Positions 33,714 to 45,480 of a DNA stretch of 64,000 nt are shown in pieces (position 1 is the stretch's first letter; each line of letters begins with the position of its first letter). The notes under the pieces were generated by a model. That model did no database searches. It was not told where the DNA came from and worked only from the letters and a program-made list of their open reading frames with translations. The stretch comes from Eledone cirrhosa. Taxonomy: Eukaryota. The translations under genes and the position numbers were made by a program. The DNA lies in contig OZ024744.1 in NCBI GenBank assembly GCA_964016885.1, positions 113,398,001-113,462,000 of the forward strand. Reading direction: 5' to 3'.

Positions 33714-33772
<59 letters not shown>

Positions 33773-33795
33773 TTAATGTTATATATATATCTAGA
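33330..33795 (-). mobile_element. 5' part of a non-autonomous Helitron-like element
   Basis: Minus begins TCTAGATATATATATAA, (GT)n, then ACCGATTTTCATGAAACTTT, a layout typical of Helitron-N/DINE-like repeats. Confidence 0.55.
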
Positions 33796-33808
33796 TATAT
33801 ATATATAT

Positions 33809-34778
33809 TAGGCATAGGTTAATTATAACGTTCGAGAAAGTGAAAGTCATTTTTCTGACAAGTGAATGTGTTTGTTTGTTTTTTTTACATTTAAATTTAC
33901 GATACAGTTTGTTTATTTACAACAGGTCTCTATAGTGATATGGTGTTAATTAGTATTGCGTGTGTGATTATTTTCTCTTATATCTATATGTGTGGGTGTG
34001 TATATGTGTGTATATATATGTGTGTCTGTATGTATATATATATGTGTGTTTGTATATATATATGTGTTTGTGTCATCATCATCGTTTAGATGTTTTTGTA
34101 ATATCTTGCCAAAGTTGGCACCAACTATAAACAAATTAAGGCCGGGTCATAAGAAGGACAGAGAATGATAAGGGATTTGGATAAAAACATCTAAACGATG
34201 ATGATGACACAAACACATATATATATATACAAATACACATATATATATACATACAGACACACATATATATACACACATATACACACCCACACATATAGAT
34301 ATAAGAGAAAATAATCACACACGCAATACTAATTAACACCATATCACTATAGAGACCTGTTGTAAATAAAAAAAACTGTATCGTAAATTTAAATGCAAAA
34401 AAAAAACAAAAACATTCACTTGTCAGAAAATTGACTTTCACTTTCTCGAACGTTATAATTAACCTATGCCTATATATTATATATTTTTTCCATTTATCGT
34501 TTGCGGTACGCCCGGCCGACTAACTCACTCGATATGCAAATTAGGCTGCTCAGCCGTTAATATGCATAAGGTAAGTATATACTTTCAAACGTTCAATCGA
34601 TTGACAGGAAGGTATACTGTGCTGATGACAGCTATTAAGATAGAAACTAGTTCATCGTTCCTTTGTCAGTGTTGAACAAAAGGGCAACGATGGTTGCTGA
34701 ACACTGTACGGCTTAATTCGGGCTGTTTGTTTACAAACAAACTGATTATTATAATAAATGTTCGGCAAACCCATACGT
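33809..34778 (+). mobile_element. PLE-like fold-back: arms 33809-34097 / 34183-34472, extension with HHR to ~34778
   Basis: Inverted arms; spacer reads NILPKLAPTINK, resembling a GIY-YIG C-terminus; HHR at 34619. Confidence 0.65.
34602..34668 (+). ncRNA. Type I HHR, extended stem I, eroded stem II
   Basis: TGACAGGAAGG...GTG-CTGATGA-CAGCTATTAAGATA-GAAAC-TA-GTT-CAT...CCTTTGTCA. Confidence 0.6.
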
Positions 34779-34975
34779 ACATATATATATGTGTGTGCAT
34801 GTATGTATAAATTTACATACTACTGTACGTCTGTATACATATATGTCTGTACGTATACATACTTATATTTATTATATATCTATATTATATATATATATAT
34901 TATGTATTATATACATATATATTTTATATATTATATATATATCATATATAATAATTTTACGTCCGCTTTCATATT

Positions 34976-35100
34976 TTTACGGACTGAGTTCAAATTCCGC
35001 CGAGGTTAACTTTGCCTTTCATCCTTACGGGGTCGATAAAATAAAGTACCAGTAATGCACTGGGTGATTGCTGGCCTTGTGCCAAAAGTAGAAACAATTA
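34976..35100 (+). mobile_element. 5'-truncated Nin-domain-type SINE (other copies 45022-45206 -, 48879-48973 -, 59281-59328 -)
   Basis: B box GAGTTCAAATTCC, GCCTTTCATCCTTACGGGGTCGATAAAATAAAGTACC domain, GGCCTTGTGCC tail. Confidence 0.8.
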
Positions 35101-35119
35101 TATATATTATATCGAACCT

Positions 35120-35210
<91 letters not shown>

Positions 35211-35211
<1 letters not shown>

Positions 35212-35570
35212 TGCTTACGCACGTGCTCCAGTATAGCTTCTTTTACAAAACGTTTTTTTTCCCCATTTCAGGTAGACGCGCTCCATCATCCACTTTTCTA
35301 AAAAAACAAATCATACACAAAATGCCAGCACCAACATTTTGCAAGAGATGTCAACATGAAGAGACCTGTTATTTTTATCTAAAGACATTTTTTCCAATTC
35401 CATCCCACCTGTCCCCTCAATCTATCTTATTTCTCATTCTTTCTACTGATGAAGGTCTAGCGTCCGAAACGTTAAGACTCTCTTCCTGCTATATCAAGTG
35501 TTAACCTAATATATACCTTCCATATACTGTACCGATTGTGTTGTTATTTCTGTTTACCTTTTACATACAT
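35211..35570 (+). mobile_element. 3' end of a Neptune-like PLE
   Basis: KRCQHEETCYFYLKTFFP resembles the GIY-YIG end; CTGATGAAGG...CCGAAACGTT HHR-like motif 35446-35473. Confidence 0.55.
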
Positions 35571-35580
35571 ATATATATAT

Positions 35581-36792
35581 CATCATCATCATCATCGTCG
35601 TCGTTTAACATCCATCTTCCACGCTAGCGTGGGTTAGACGGGAGTTGTCCCACTTGAGGCAAGGTTAGTCGGATGACCGTGTCCTGCTCATATAGGACTA
35701 TCTGGAAGGTTTTCTACGGCTGGATGCCTTTCCTAACACCAAGCACATTTACAGTGTGGAACTGGGAGGTTTTTTTTCATGGCACCTACACGATCTTGAT
35801 CTCATTATCTCATTTATTTGGACTGGATGTTGTGGTACCAACTTTACAGAGAGAGGGTGGTGCTGGTGGGAGTGGGAGGATAGGGTAGAGGTAGTGGATT
35901 GGGGTGTATATTTGGTTAAGAGGTGCCTACTGACTGTAGGTTTCGCTTTGTACATAGGCAAGGCGGGTCTTCTGTATTACTGCGTAGCGCCAAAGATCTC
36001 GGTCCAGTGACATTGTCTTAGAGAGGTGCAAGTGTGTAAGGTAAGAATTTATCAGATCGTCCCAGGTTTTTCTGGGTCTATCTACTCCGTAACTACCACC
36101 AATTTTGATCGCCCTGTACTTTTTTTTATACAGCTGTCGTCTTTCATGCGCATCACGTGACCATACCAACGTAGTCTTCTCTCAAGTAAACAGCATCTGA
36201 TCCCTCCTATTCCTAATTTCTCATTTACTTCATTTATGCTTTGCCATTCATGTATATTACTATTACACATCCAACGGAGCATGCAAGCTTCGTTCCTTTC
36301 CAGTCTGCGCAGGTCCTCTGCTCACAATGCCCATGTCTCACTGCCATGTAGCATTGCTGTTCGTATACAGGCATTATGCAACCTGCCTTTCATTTTTAGA
36401 GAGAAACCTTTAGTAGCCAACAGCGGTATAAGCTCTCTGAACTTTTTCCATCTCTGGCTACTGTACTTTCAGAGCACCCTCCACCACTACTGATTTCGTC
36501 ACCCAGGTAACGGAAGGTGTCCACTATTTCTATAGAACCATCTGGGCAATAGAAGGAGCTAGTATCCTGTGGGCACTTGCTACTTATTGCACCTGAGCAT
36601 CGGCCATATATAAAGTCTACGTTCTTAGATAGTTTACCTGTGATCCCACTACATCTTTTATGTACCCAGAGTTTGCATTTGGGACATAAAATGGAATTTC
36701 TGCCTACTCCTTTCCTACACACTGAGCATGGCCATTTCCCTGAGGGCACCTGTGCCCTATTTTCCTTTCTACAAACTAGAACTTTAGTCTTA
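35581..36792 (-). mobile_element. RTE LINE 3' fragment with (ATG)n tail
   Basis: KTKVL...WPCSVC...FRYLG, ERRLRWYGHVMRM, RPRKTW; (CAT)n at 35581; cut at a TA by the next element. Confidence 0.9.
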
Positions 36793-36814
36793 TATATATA
36801 TATATATATATATA

Positions 36815-38037
36815 TAGGAACAAGTATGACCCCGACGGCAGAGCTCAAACCATTTCGACGGCTATTTCTGGACTAAATAAGAATTTTTAGCCTGGTAAAT
36901 AAATAGCCAAACTTCTCAAGGGGAATTTCCTTATATGGGAAGATAGTAATTGTCAAGTTGATTGGTTAAAATTTGTTATAAAGACAGATAAATCTATCAT
37001 GGCATTTGGTGGGAGGTAGGGGTGGCTGAACTTGCCGGTAGAACAAAGAGGGGGTGGGGAAATCCAGTCAGGCTTTGAAAGTGAAATCTATACAGCAGAA
37101 TCTATGGATAGTGTATAAAAGGTCGAAAAATTGTACTGGAGAAAAGGGAGGGGGGGGTGTTGAAAGAATAGGTAGGTCGAAAGGAAGTAAAATAAAACTA
37201 TTTATAAAAATAAATATATAAAGACAATATTTTGATAGTGAGAAATGAAAAAAACAAAAACAGCTGCTAAAAATTAGTAGGTATTGCTAAGCTATAGAAA
37301 AGTTTAATAGGTAGAGAATGGGAAAAAAAACGAGATTGTAGTTGGTAGTGGGAAAAATTCTTTAAGCCGACTTTACAGGGGGTCTAACACCGCTGCAATA
37401 AATAAAGCGTAAACAGCCAATGCTATCTTACGATGAAAGGTTAATAGGTTGAGAACAAAAATACTATATAAGGAATTTAGAAATTGTAGAAATGGAGTAG
37501 TAACAAAAAAGAAACAATAACGGGGTCTAACACATCTACTATAAAAAGCGTAATAGGCCAATTCGTAATAGGCCAATAGTTTTATTTTACTTCCTTTCGA
37601 CCTACCTATTCTTTCAACACCCCCCCCTCCCTTTTCTCCAGTACAATTTTTCGACCTTTTATACACTATCCATAGATTCTGCTGTATAGATTTCACTTTC
37701 AAAGCCTGACTGGATTTCCCCACCCCCTCTTTGTTCTACCGGCAAGTTCAGCCACCCCTACCTCCCACCAAATGCCATGATAGATTTATCTGTCTTTATA
37801 ACAAATTTTAACCAATCAACTTGACAATTACTATCTTCCCATATAAGGAAATTCCCCTTGAGAAGTTTGGCTGTTTATTTACCAGGCTAAAATTCTTATT
37901 TAGTCCAGAAATAGCTGTCAAAACGACTTGAGCTCTGCCGTCGGGGTCATACTTGTTCCTATTACCCACTCTACTACCCTAAGTATTGAGTACTTTGGTG
38001 CATTATGGTCTATCTGGTTCCTTACCACAATTCCTTC

Positions 38038-38040
<3 letters not shown>
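36815..38040. mobile_element. PLE-type fold-back: arms 36815-37202 / 37575-37962
   Basis: ~387-bp inverted arms, (TA)n both sides, HHR in each arm. Confidence 0.8.
36830..36923 (-). ncRNA. Type I HHR with U3-A8 core (damaged mirror copy 37854-37946 +)
   Basis: CCCC-TTGAGAA-[GGCTATTT...AAATAGCC]-GAAATGG-TTTGAGCTCTG-CCGTC-GGGG; all three stems form, GUC triplet. Confidence 0.75.
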
Positions 38041-38098
<58 letters not shown>

Positions 38099-38104
38099 TA
38101 TACA

Positions 38105-38170
38105 GTGAACAGTGAGCTGTACTGATGAAGGGTGATACCCAGAAACATTAGTGTCTGCAGTTCTGTTCAC
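38105..38170 (+). ncRNA. Canonical extended type I HHR
   Basis: GTGAACAG-TG-AGCTGTA-CTGATGA-AGGG-TGATA-CCCA-GAAACATTAGTGTC-TGCAGTT-CTGTTCAC; 15-bp bulged stem I. Confidence 0.88.
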
Positions 38171-39231
38171 ATGCCAACACAAGAGCAAGAATGAAGGGTT
38201 CATTCTACTGATATGGCTATAAAATAGAGGCTTGTTTGCATAATTGCAAACGAATAGAATATTATTATTAATATTCGCAAAACTCAGATTACAATTATTG
38301 TATTCAGCCATATAGAGCGAATAAATTTTCTTTTTTATTTGAATTTGGCAAAGCTGGCCACTTATCGCTCGTATAGAGGAAACTGACTGGCCAGTCTGCT
38401 GATATGCAAATCTGGCTGACCAGTCTGCTAATATGCAAATCAGGCCAATCAGTCACTGTGTATTTTTGAAAATAGCATATATTTTCACTAGCTCTGACTT
38501 CTGTAAAATTTCCTTGTACATCTAAGAATAAAGTAAATAAAATACAATACATGTATTTATTTAATTTCAATTACCTCATTATTGTATTTTATTTACTTTA
38601 TTCTTAACTCTGGAGCGGAGAATCATTCGGTTTCCTAGTTAGAATTTTAGTCTACGACTTCAGTTATACCATTTACGTGGTTTTGTCTTTGCGTGCAATT
38701 GTTCTCCACAGTCCACATATGACGTATTATCTTCGTTTTTTCCGTTCATTGCAAGAGAACGTCTCTATGAACCACCTAAGAGAACATTAGTCTACGACTT
38801 CTTTTATACCATAAACGTGGTTCTGTCTTTGCGTGTAATTGTTTTTCACCGCTCCTATTAATGACGTATTATATTCGTTTTTCCCCGTTCTTTGCCAGGG
38901 AAAGTTTCCACGAACCAAAGTATCGTCTTCCTGTCTTCCTCCGGTTGCAACGTTTTTTGAAATATCCACTTCTGCGTTTACGGATTGACTTTGTTAGTTT
39001 CAGAAGATCCCGTTAAGGGTTGTAGCAGCGTTTCTTTGCTTAAACTTTAATCTGTTATTTTAATAAATATTTGCTGTACGGTTCTTATATATTTGATACA
39101 TATTTATCCTTATCGAGCCCTCTTTGGATTTTAGTCTTCAAATTTATTATTATTACTATATTATATATATATATATATATTATATTTATACTATATGTGT
39201 ATATATTATATATTATATATTATATATATAT

Positions 39232-39340
<109 letters not shown>

Positions 39341-39363
39341 CTATATGTGTATATATTATATAT

Positions 39364-39425
<62 letters not shown>

Positions 39426-39432
39426 CATTATA

Positions 39433-42400
39433 TAAGGGTGGGACGGGTCCTATTTCAGCACAGCAGCTTTCCACTTGTCTCAACTTGTCACGGTCCTTCG
39501 TCATCTCCTCGGTGAGTTTCAGCGATCTGAAGTCTGCTCTCACCACCTCCGCCCATGTTTTTCGTGGTCTACCTCTACTGCGTATTCCTTCTACTGGTAT
39601 TTCTTGGCACTTCTTTACCCAGCTGTCATCCTCCATGCACATCACATGTCCATGCCATCTCAGCCTTCTCTCCTGCACACCACAACTGATCCCTCTTATA
39701 CACAGTTTCTTTCTCAACTCGTCTATGCTTGGTCGTTCACGCACATTGACATTGCACATCCAATGGAGCATGCTTGCTTCATTTCTCTCCAGCCGTCGCA
39801 TATCCTCTACAGTTGCTGCCCTAGTCTCACTACCATGCAGCATCGCGCACCTCACACAGGCATCATACAACCGGCCTTTCGTACGCAGGGAGAAACCCTT
39901 CTTTGTCAACAGAGGAAGCAGCTCCCTAAACTTCTTCCAACCCGCCCTTATTCTAGATACTATGGCCTCAGACCCCCCCCCCCATGAAAATCTGATCACC
40001 TAGGTACCGGAATCTATCAACCACTTCTATAGAATCCACCTACATTGGAAAAATGTGTCTATCAATGCGATTACTACTGCCAACTTTCCCTGTACATCTA
40101 CTGCATATGTAGTTTTCCCTACCTGTTAGTTTGCCTGCTATCCCGCTACATCTCTTGTGTACCCAAGATCTGCATTGTGTGCATTTTATAGAATTTATGC
40201 CAGTTCCTTTCCTACATATCGAACATGACCATTTCCCTGATGGAATCAGAGCTTTGTCCTCTTTTCTACTCATCAACACTTTTATCTTAGCTATGTTCAC
40301 TCTCAGTCCTCTTGATTCCAACTGCTGTTTCCATAGCCAGAATTTATTCTCTAGCTCCTCTACTGATCATCAACATAGAGAATTTCCCAGGGGCAGCCAA
40401 TCTTAAATTCCTCTGTTATGGCTTGGAGGACTATAATGAACAAGAGAGGGCTGAGGACTGAACCCTGATGTACTCCTACTTATATCTGGAATTCCTTACT
40501 AAACTCCATTCCTATTCTCACTTTACTGACAGCACCTCTGTACAAAGCTTGCACTATCCTCACAAGCCTTTTCTCAACACCTAGCTTCGTTTGGGACCAC
40601 CAGATAACAGATTGAGGGTACCCTATCACAACAAAAGCTAAGTATAGTGGCTTATTCTTCTCTAAGAACTTCTCTTGTAGTTGTGCTAATATTCTATCTG
40701 CCACTTTCATAACCTGATCGATCAGCTTTATTCCCCTATAATTGCTCCTCTCCAGAGCATCTCCTTCACCTTTGTAGCAATTTATGAGAATACTGCTGCA
40801 CCAGTCTTTGGGCATGACACCACCATATATAGCCTGATTGATGATGCGTGCAACCAGTTTAGTTCCTACTTCTGATCCCTTCAGCATCTCAGCAACTATC
40901 TCTGATGGTCCAGCAGACTTACCATTTTTCATTTCCTTAATTGCCTCTTGGACCCTATATTCGTCAATCTCAATAGCTGGTCCCTCTGTCGGGTCTACTG
41001 GTGGTAATTTCTCTCTCTCCCATTCGCACTCCACATTCATCAGTCTCTCATAATGACATTTCCAGCCTCCTTTTTTTTTATCATTCATGACACTAAGTAC
41101 ACCGGCATCATTCCGGATACACTTTTCTCCAATAACAACCTGATTTGCATTGACACAATACCTTGCAATGCGGAACACCACACGTCTCTGAGGCAAACCT
41201 ACTCTCAGCCTCCCTGTGTGCTAAGTACACCTGACGTCTAGCTTCTCTCTTAACGGCTGTATATCCTTCTCTACTCCCACCATTTTTTCAAGCCTTCCAT
41301 GCCAGTCTTTTGTCTCTAATAGCCTTATCTACTGTGCTGTTCCACCACCAGGTCACTCTCTGTCTGGTTGAAGCTCTGCCCCAACCACAAGTTTCATCAG
41401 TAGCCTGCAGCAAGTTGTCACGTAAGAAATTCCAGTTATCATCTATGTCATACGTCTCTAAATCGTCTTCTTTTTTGTCATACACATCTTGAAGGGCTTT
41501 CTTAAATTTGAATTTTAGTGAAAGGTCTTTTAACTTCCAGACCTTTCTCCTCCACACCTTCCTGTATGGCTCATTCTATCTCTTGCTTACTGAGATATCA
41601 CTAACGACTAACCTATGCTGTGGGGTACATTCTTCCCTGGGGTATGTCATGGTATTTGACACCATCTGTCTGTCCCGCTGCCTAACTAGCAAGAAGTCAA
41701 TCTGGCTTATGTGCTAGCCTGACTTGTAGGTTATTAAATGGTTGGCAGGTTTCTGGAAGTTAGTGTTGCAAATGGTCAGTGCACTTGCATCACAAAATTC
41801 AAGAAGTCTCACTCCTTCATTTCTTGAGCCGTAACTGTGCCCTCCATGTATCCCAGTGTAACCATCCTGGAGCTGTCCAACATGACCATTGAAGTCCCCT
41901 GCTAGCATAACAATGTCTCCGTCTTCTGTCATTGTGGCTGTTTGTAAAAGTTGCTCGTAAAAGCAGTCTTCTCTTCTTTACCTAGGCCTGCCTGGGGAGC
42001 ATAGGCAGAGATGATTGTCAGCAATCTCTTGCCTACAAGTAATCTAATCTTAATTGTTCTATTACTAACTCTAACTACCTCTATTGTCTTATTGATCCAT
42101 CTCTCAGCCAGTAAAATGCCTACCCCACCAAACCCATCATCATTACCCACCCAGAAAAGCTTATAAATAAGATTTTTTCCTGTGGTTAGTCTCGCAGATC
42201 CACCTCTCCATCTCACCTCTTGCACGCAGCACACATCCACATGCCTTCTCTCCAGCATCTCCACTATTTCACCAAATCTATCTGTGAGAGTGCGAACATT
42301 AAGAGTTGCAACTCTGAGATGCGACGTCTTGATATTCTTGTTCCTTTTCCTGTAGTGCGATTGCTTGATGATGGTCGTGGGGTTCTCACACATGGTCACA

Positions 42401-42726
42401 CTAGCCACCCCACTACTGTGCGCAGCCCTGATATAGTTAGTGCTATTGCTGTTGACGCAGTTGTTGCAATTCTCATTCGTTGTGTTCATAGTTTTTGGCA
42501 TTGATACACTAGTTGGATACCCTGCCTAACACCAGCACCACTTTACAGCATGGACTGGGTGCTTTTATTCGTGCCACCAGCACTAGAGAGGTTGTCTTAC
42601 TAGACTCAGGGGCCCTCTCTACCCCTCCATTTTACAGCATGGACTGGGTGTTTTTATTCGTGCCACCAGCACTAGGGAAGTTGTCTTACTGGACTTAGGG
42701 GCCCTTACCACCCCTCCATTTTTACA
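39433..42726 (-). mobile_element. Near full-length decayed RTE LINE (APE + RT)
   Basis: ATG 42501; LRVATLNVRTL, CVQEVRW, SAYAPQ, GDFNGHVG, NYRGIKL, GSET, RLRWHGHV, GRPRKTW. Confidence 0.93.
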
Positions 42727-42769
42727 TATATATATGTATATTATATATATATATATATTATATATTTTA

Positions 42770-42945
42770 TTGTCCTGGGTATGACATTAAACTACATCCA
42801 GCGACAAGGCTCCAGTTCGGGAGTTCAAGAGCTGTGGGGAATGTGGAGTTACCCCTTAGTTTTCATAACTCCCAGGTTTGCTCTGGCCCGGAGTAGTAGT
42901 ACCTGTTAGGGCCCCATTTATGGGTTAAATAACTACCTTATTCGA
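42770..42945. repeat. Short interspersed repeat fragment, unclassified
   Basis: Resembles from memory an abundant octopus repeat (TGTCCTGG.TATGACA.TAAAC...GGGGAATGTGGAGT); single copy here, unverified. Confidence 0.35.
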
Positions 42946-43060
42946 GTGGCGCCGCTAAGGTATTGTCAGCCATTGAAAAGAAATATGGAGAGTCGATCTA
43001 ACAGCACTAGGGTTAGAGCCCCTAATTACACTGTCAAGGAGCAGTCTGGTCATTATGACT

Positions 43061-44632
43061 CTACTGTACTTTCAGAGCACCCTCCACCACTGCTGATTTC
43101 GTCACTCAAGTAACGAAAAGTGTCTATTATTTCTATAGAACCATCTGGGCAATAAAAGGAGCTAGTATCCTATGGGCACTTGCTATTTATTGCACCTGAG
43201 CATCGACCACATATAAAATCTACGTTCTTAGATAGCTTACCTGTGATCCCACTACATCTTTTATGTACCCATAGTTTTCATTTGGGACATAAAATGGAAT
43301 TTCTACCTTCTTCTTTCCTACACACTGAGCATGGCCATTTCCCAGAGGGCACCTGTGCAATATTTTCCTTTCTCCATACTAGAACTTTAGTCTTAGACAA
43401 GTTAACTTTAAGGCCTTTTGATTCTAGGCCATGATTCCATGTTTCGAATTTCTTCTCTAGTTCAGCCATAGATTTAGCTATGAGAGTTAGATCATCTGCT
43501 TATAGAAGTTCCCATGGACAGCCGGTCTTAAATTGTCTGTTATAGCCTGAAGGGCAATAATAAATAGGAGGGGGCTAAGGACAGAGCCTTGATAAACACC
43601 AACTTTTATGCTAAATTCTTCACTATATTCATTGTTAATTCTAACGTTGCTGACTAATTCTTTATACATGGCTTGTATAGCTCTCACAATTAGTTTTCTA
43701 AGAGCCCACCAGATAATGGAGCGGGGGACTCTGTCAAAGGCTTTCTCCAAGTCAACAAAATCTAAGTAAAGAGGTTTACTTTTAGCTAGGTACTTCTCCT
43801 GTAGTTGTTGTACAAGAAAAAGAGCGTCTGTGGTACTTTTACCTGACACAAACCCAAACTGCATTTCATCTAGATCAATTCGCTCTCTGATTAGTTGCAC
43901 TATAACTCTTTCTGTGACCTTCATGACCTGGTCAACCAACTTAATGCCTCTATAGTTTCCCCTATCTAGAGCATCTCCTTTACCCTTGTAGCAGTTAATT
44001 GGTATGACCCCATTCTGTATTACTTGGTTAACTATACGGGTGACTGTAGTGTGTCCCACCAAACCAGATGCCTTCAACATCTCAGCAACTATCTCCGAAG
44101 GCTCAGCTGCCTTGCCTGTCTTCATGTCTTTGATTGCCTTACTTATTATACTACCTTTAACTTGCACTGCTGGTCCCTCTATTGGATCGATTTGGGGCAG
44201 ACTATCTTTTTCCCATTTATTCTCCTCATTTAGTAATCTCTCATAGTGACACTTCCAGGCTACCTTCTTATCAGTATCAGAGAGGGCAAGTACACCATCA
44301 TCATTACGGACAAACTCCACCCCGACAATATCACGGTTTTCCTTGACATATTGCCTTGCAATCCTGAACACCTCATGTTTTTGGTCCTCGCGTTGTAGAA
44401 CATGCTTGAACTTTCTATCTTATGCTTCCCTTCTTGCAAAGTACACTTGCCCCCTTCCTAGCCACTTGATAGTGTTCTCTACTTCCCCCATCCCGCCCTA
44501 CTTTCCAAGCCTGCCTTTTGACCTTCATTGTCTTCTCCACCGTACTGTTCCACCACCAAGTTACTCTCCTCCTGCCTATAGGTCTGTTCCAGCCACAGAT
44601 TTCATCTGTCTCCTTCAGCAGGTTAACTTTCA
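43061..44632 (-). mobile_element. RTE LINE internal fragment
   Basis: NYRGIKL, QFGF, FVDLEKAFDRV, GVYQGSVLSPLLF (ORF 43487-44371). Confidence 0.92.
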
Positions 44633-44644
44633 AGAATTCCCACG

Positions 44645-44736
44645 ACGAAGGACCATGACAAGTGGAGAGATGCTGTGCTGAATAGGACCTGTCCCACCCT
44701 TACAAGCAGGGAAAAGCGGACGTAAAATGATGATGA
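44645..44736 (+). mobile_element. 3' tip of an RTE LINE
   Basis: Similar to the reverse complement of 39433-39500; ends (ATG)n. Confidence 0.7.
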
Positions 44737-44742
44737 TATATA

Positions 44743-45472
44743 TCTACCTATATATGTAAATGGCAATTTCTGTCTGTTTGTTTGTGAACCTAAAACTCAA
44801 AAATTACCAAACCCATGTTGATGAAACTTAACACGTGTGTGGGGCTCATGCCCATTTGATTTCTTACATATATTTCATTTTAATCAAAGAGTTCCACGGG
44901 GGTTCAAACACCCGCTGAAAACCCCGCTTAGTTTTTTCCATTCGATTTATATGAAATTTAAACCATAGGTAAATGACAAGATATGATGCATATTCACAAC
45001 ATTTCAGCAAATTTCAATAATTGTTTCTACTTTAGGCACAAGGCCAGCAATTACCCAGTGCATTACTGGTACTTTATTTTATCGACCCCGTAAGGATGAA
45101 AGGCAAAGTCAACCTCGGCGGGATTTGAACTCAGATCGTAAAGGGACGTAACTATGCTGGAAAGCATGGCGTCCGACCCTCTACCGATACTGCCAATCCA
45201 CCGCCCTTTCAGCAAATTTCAATAATATTAAGACACCCTAATATTTTTTTTCCTTATAGCAACACTCAACTTCTCTGACAAACATTTTATCACCTGACCA
45301 ATGCAATCAACAATATAGTTTGTATTATTGTTTCGTAAATGAATTTGTCTTCGCTTTTGATTATCTGTCCTATATTGTGATTCCATTTTTGGTCTGAGAG
45401 GCATTGATTGGGCATTTTAATGGGAACTGGGAATATACCCCGCTCTCAGGTATTAACGGGTACCTCAGCTAG
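44743..45472 (+). mobile_element. Non-autonomous Helitron containing a SINE insertion
   Basis: A|TC start, GTCTGTTTGTTTGT tract, subterminal TACCC...GGGTA hairpin, CTAG|T end. Confidence 0.75.
45022..45206 (-). mobile_element. Full-length tRNA-derived Nin-type SINE with 20-bp TSD
   Basis: TSD TTTCAGCAAATTTCAATAAT at 45002-45021 and 45207-45226; A box TGGCAGTATCGG, B box GAGTTCAAATCC. Confidence 0.88.
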
Positions 45473-45480
45473 TATATATA

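Noticed and set aside
38645-38930. CRISPR-like or functional repeat array
   Set aside because: Two diverged ~140-bp tandem units in a PLE 3' UTR, no repeat-spacer structure; eukaryotic context
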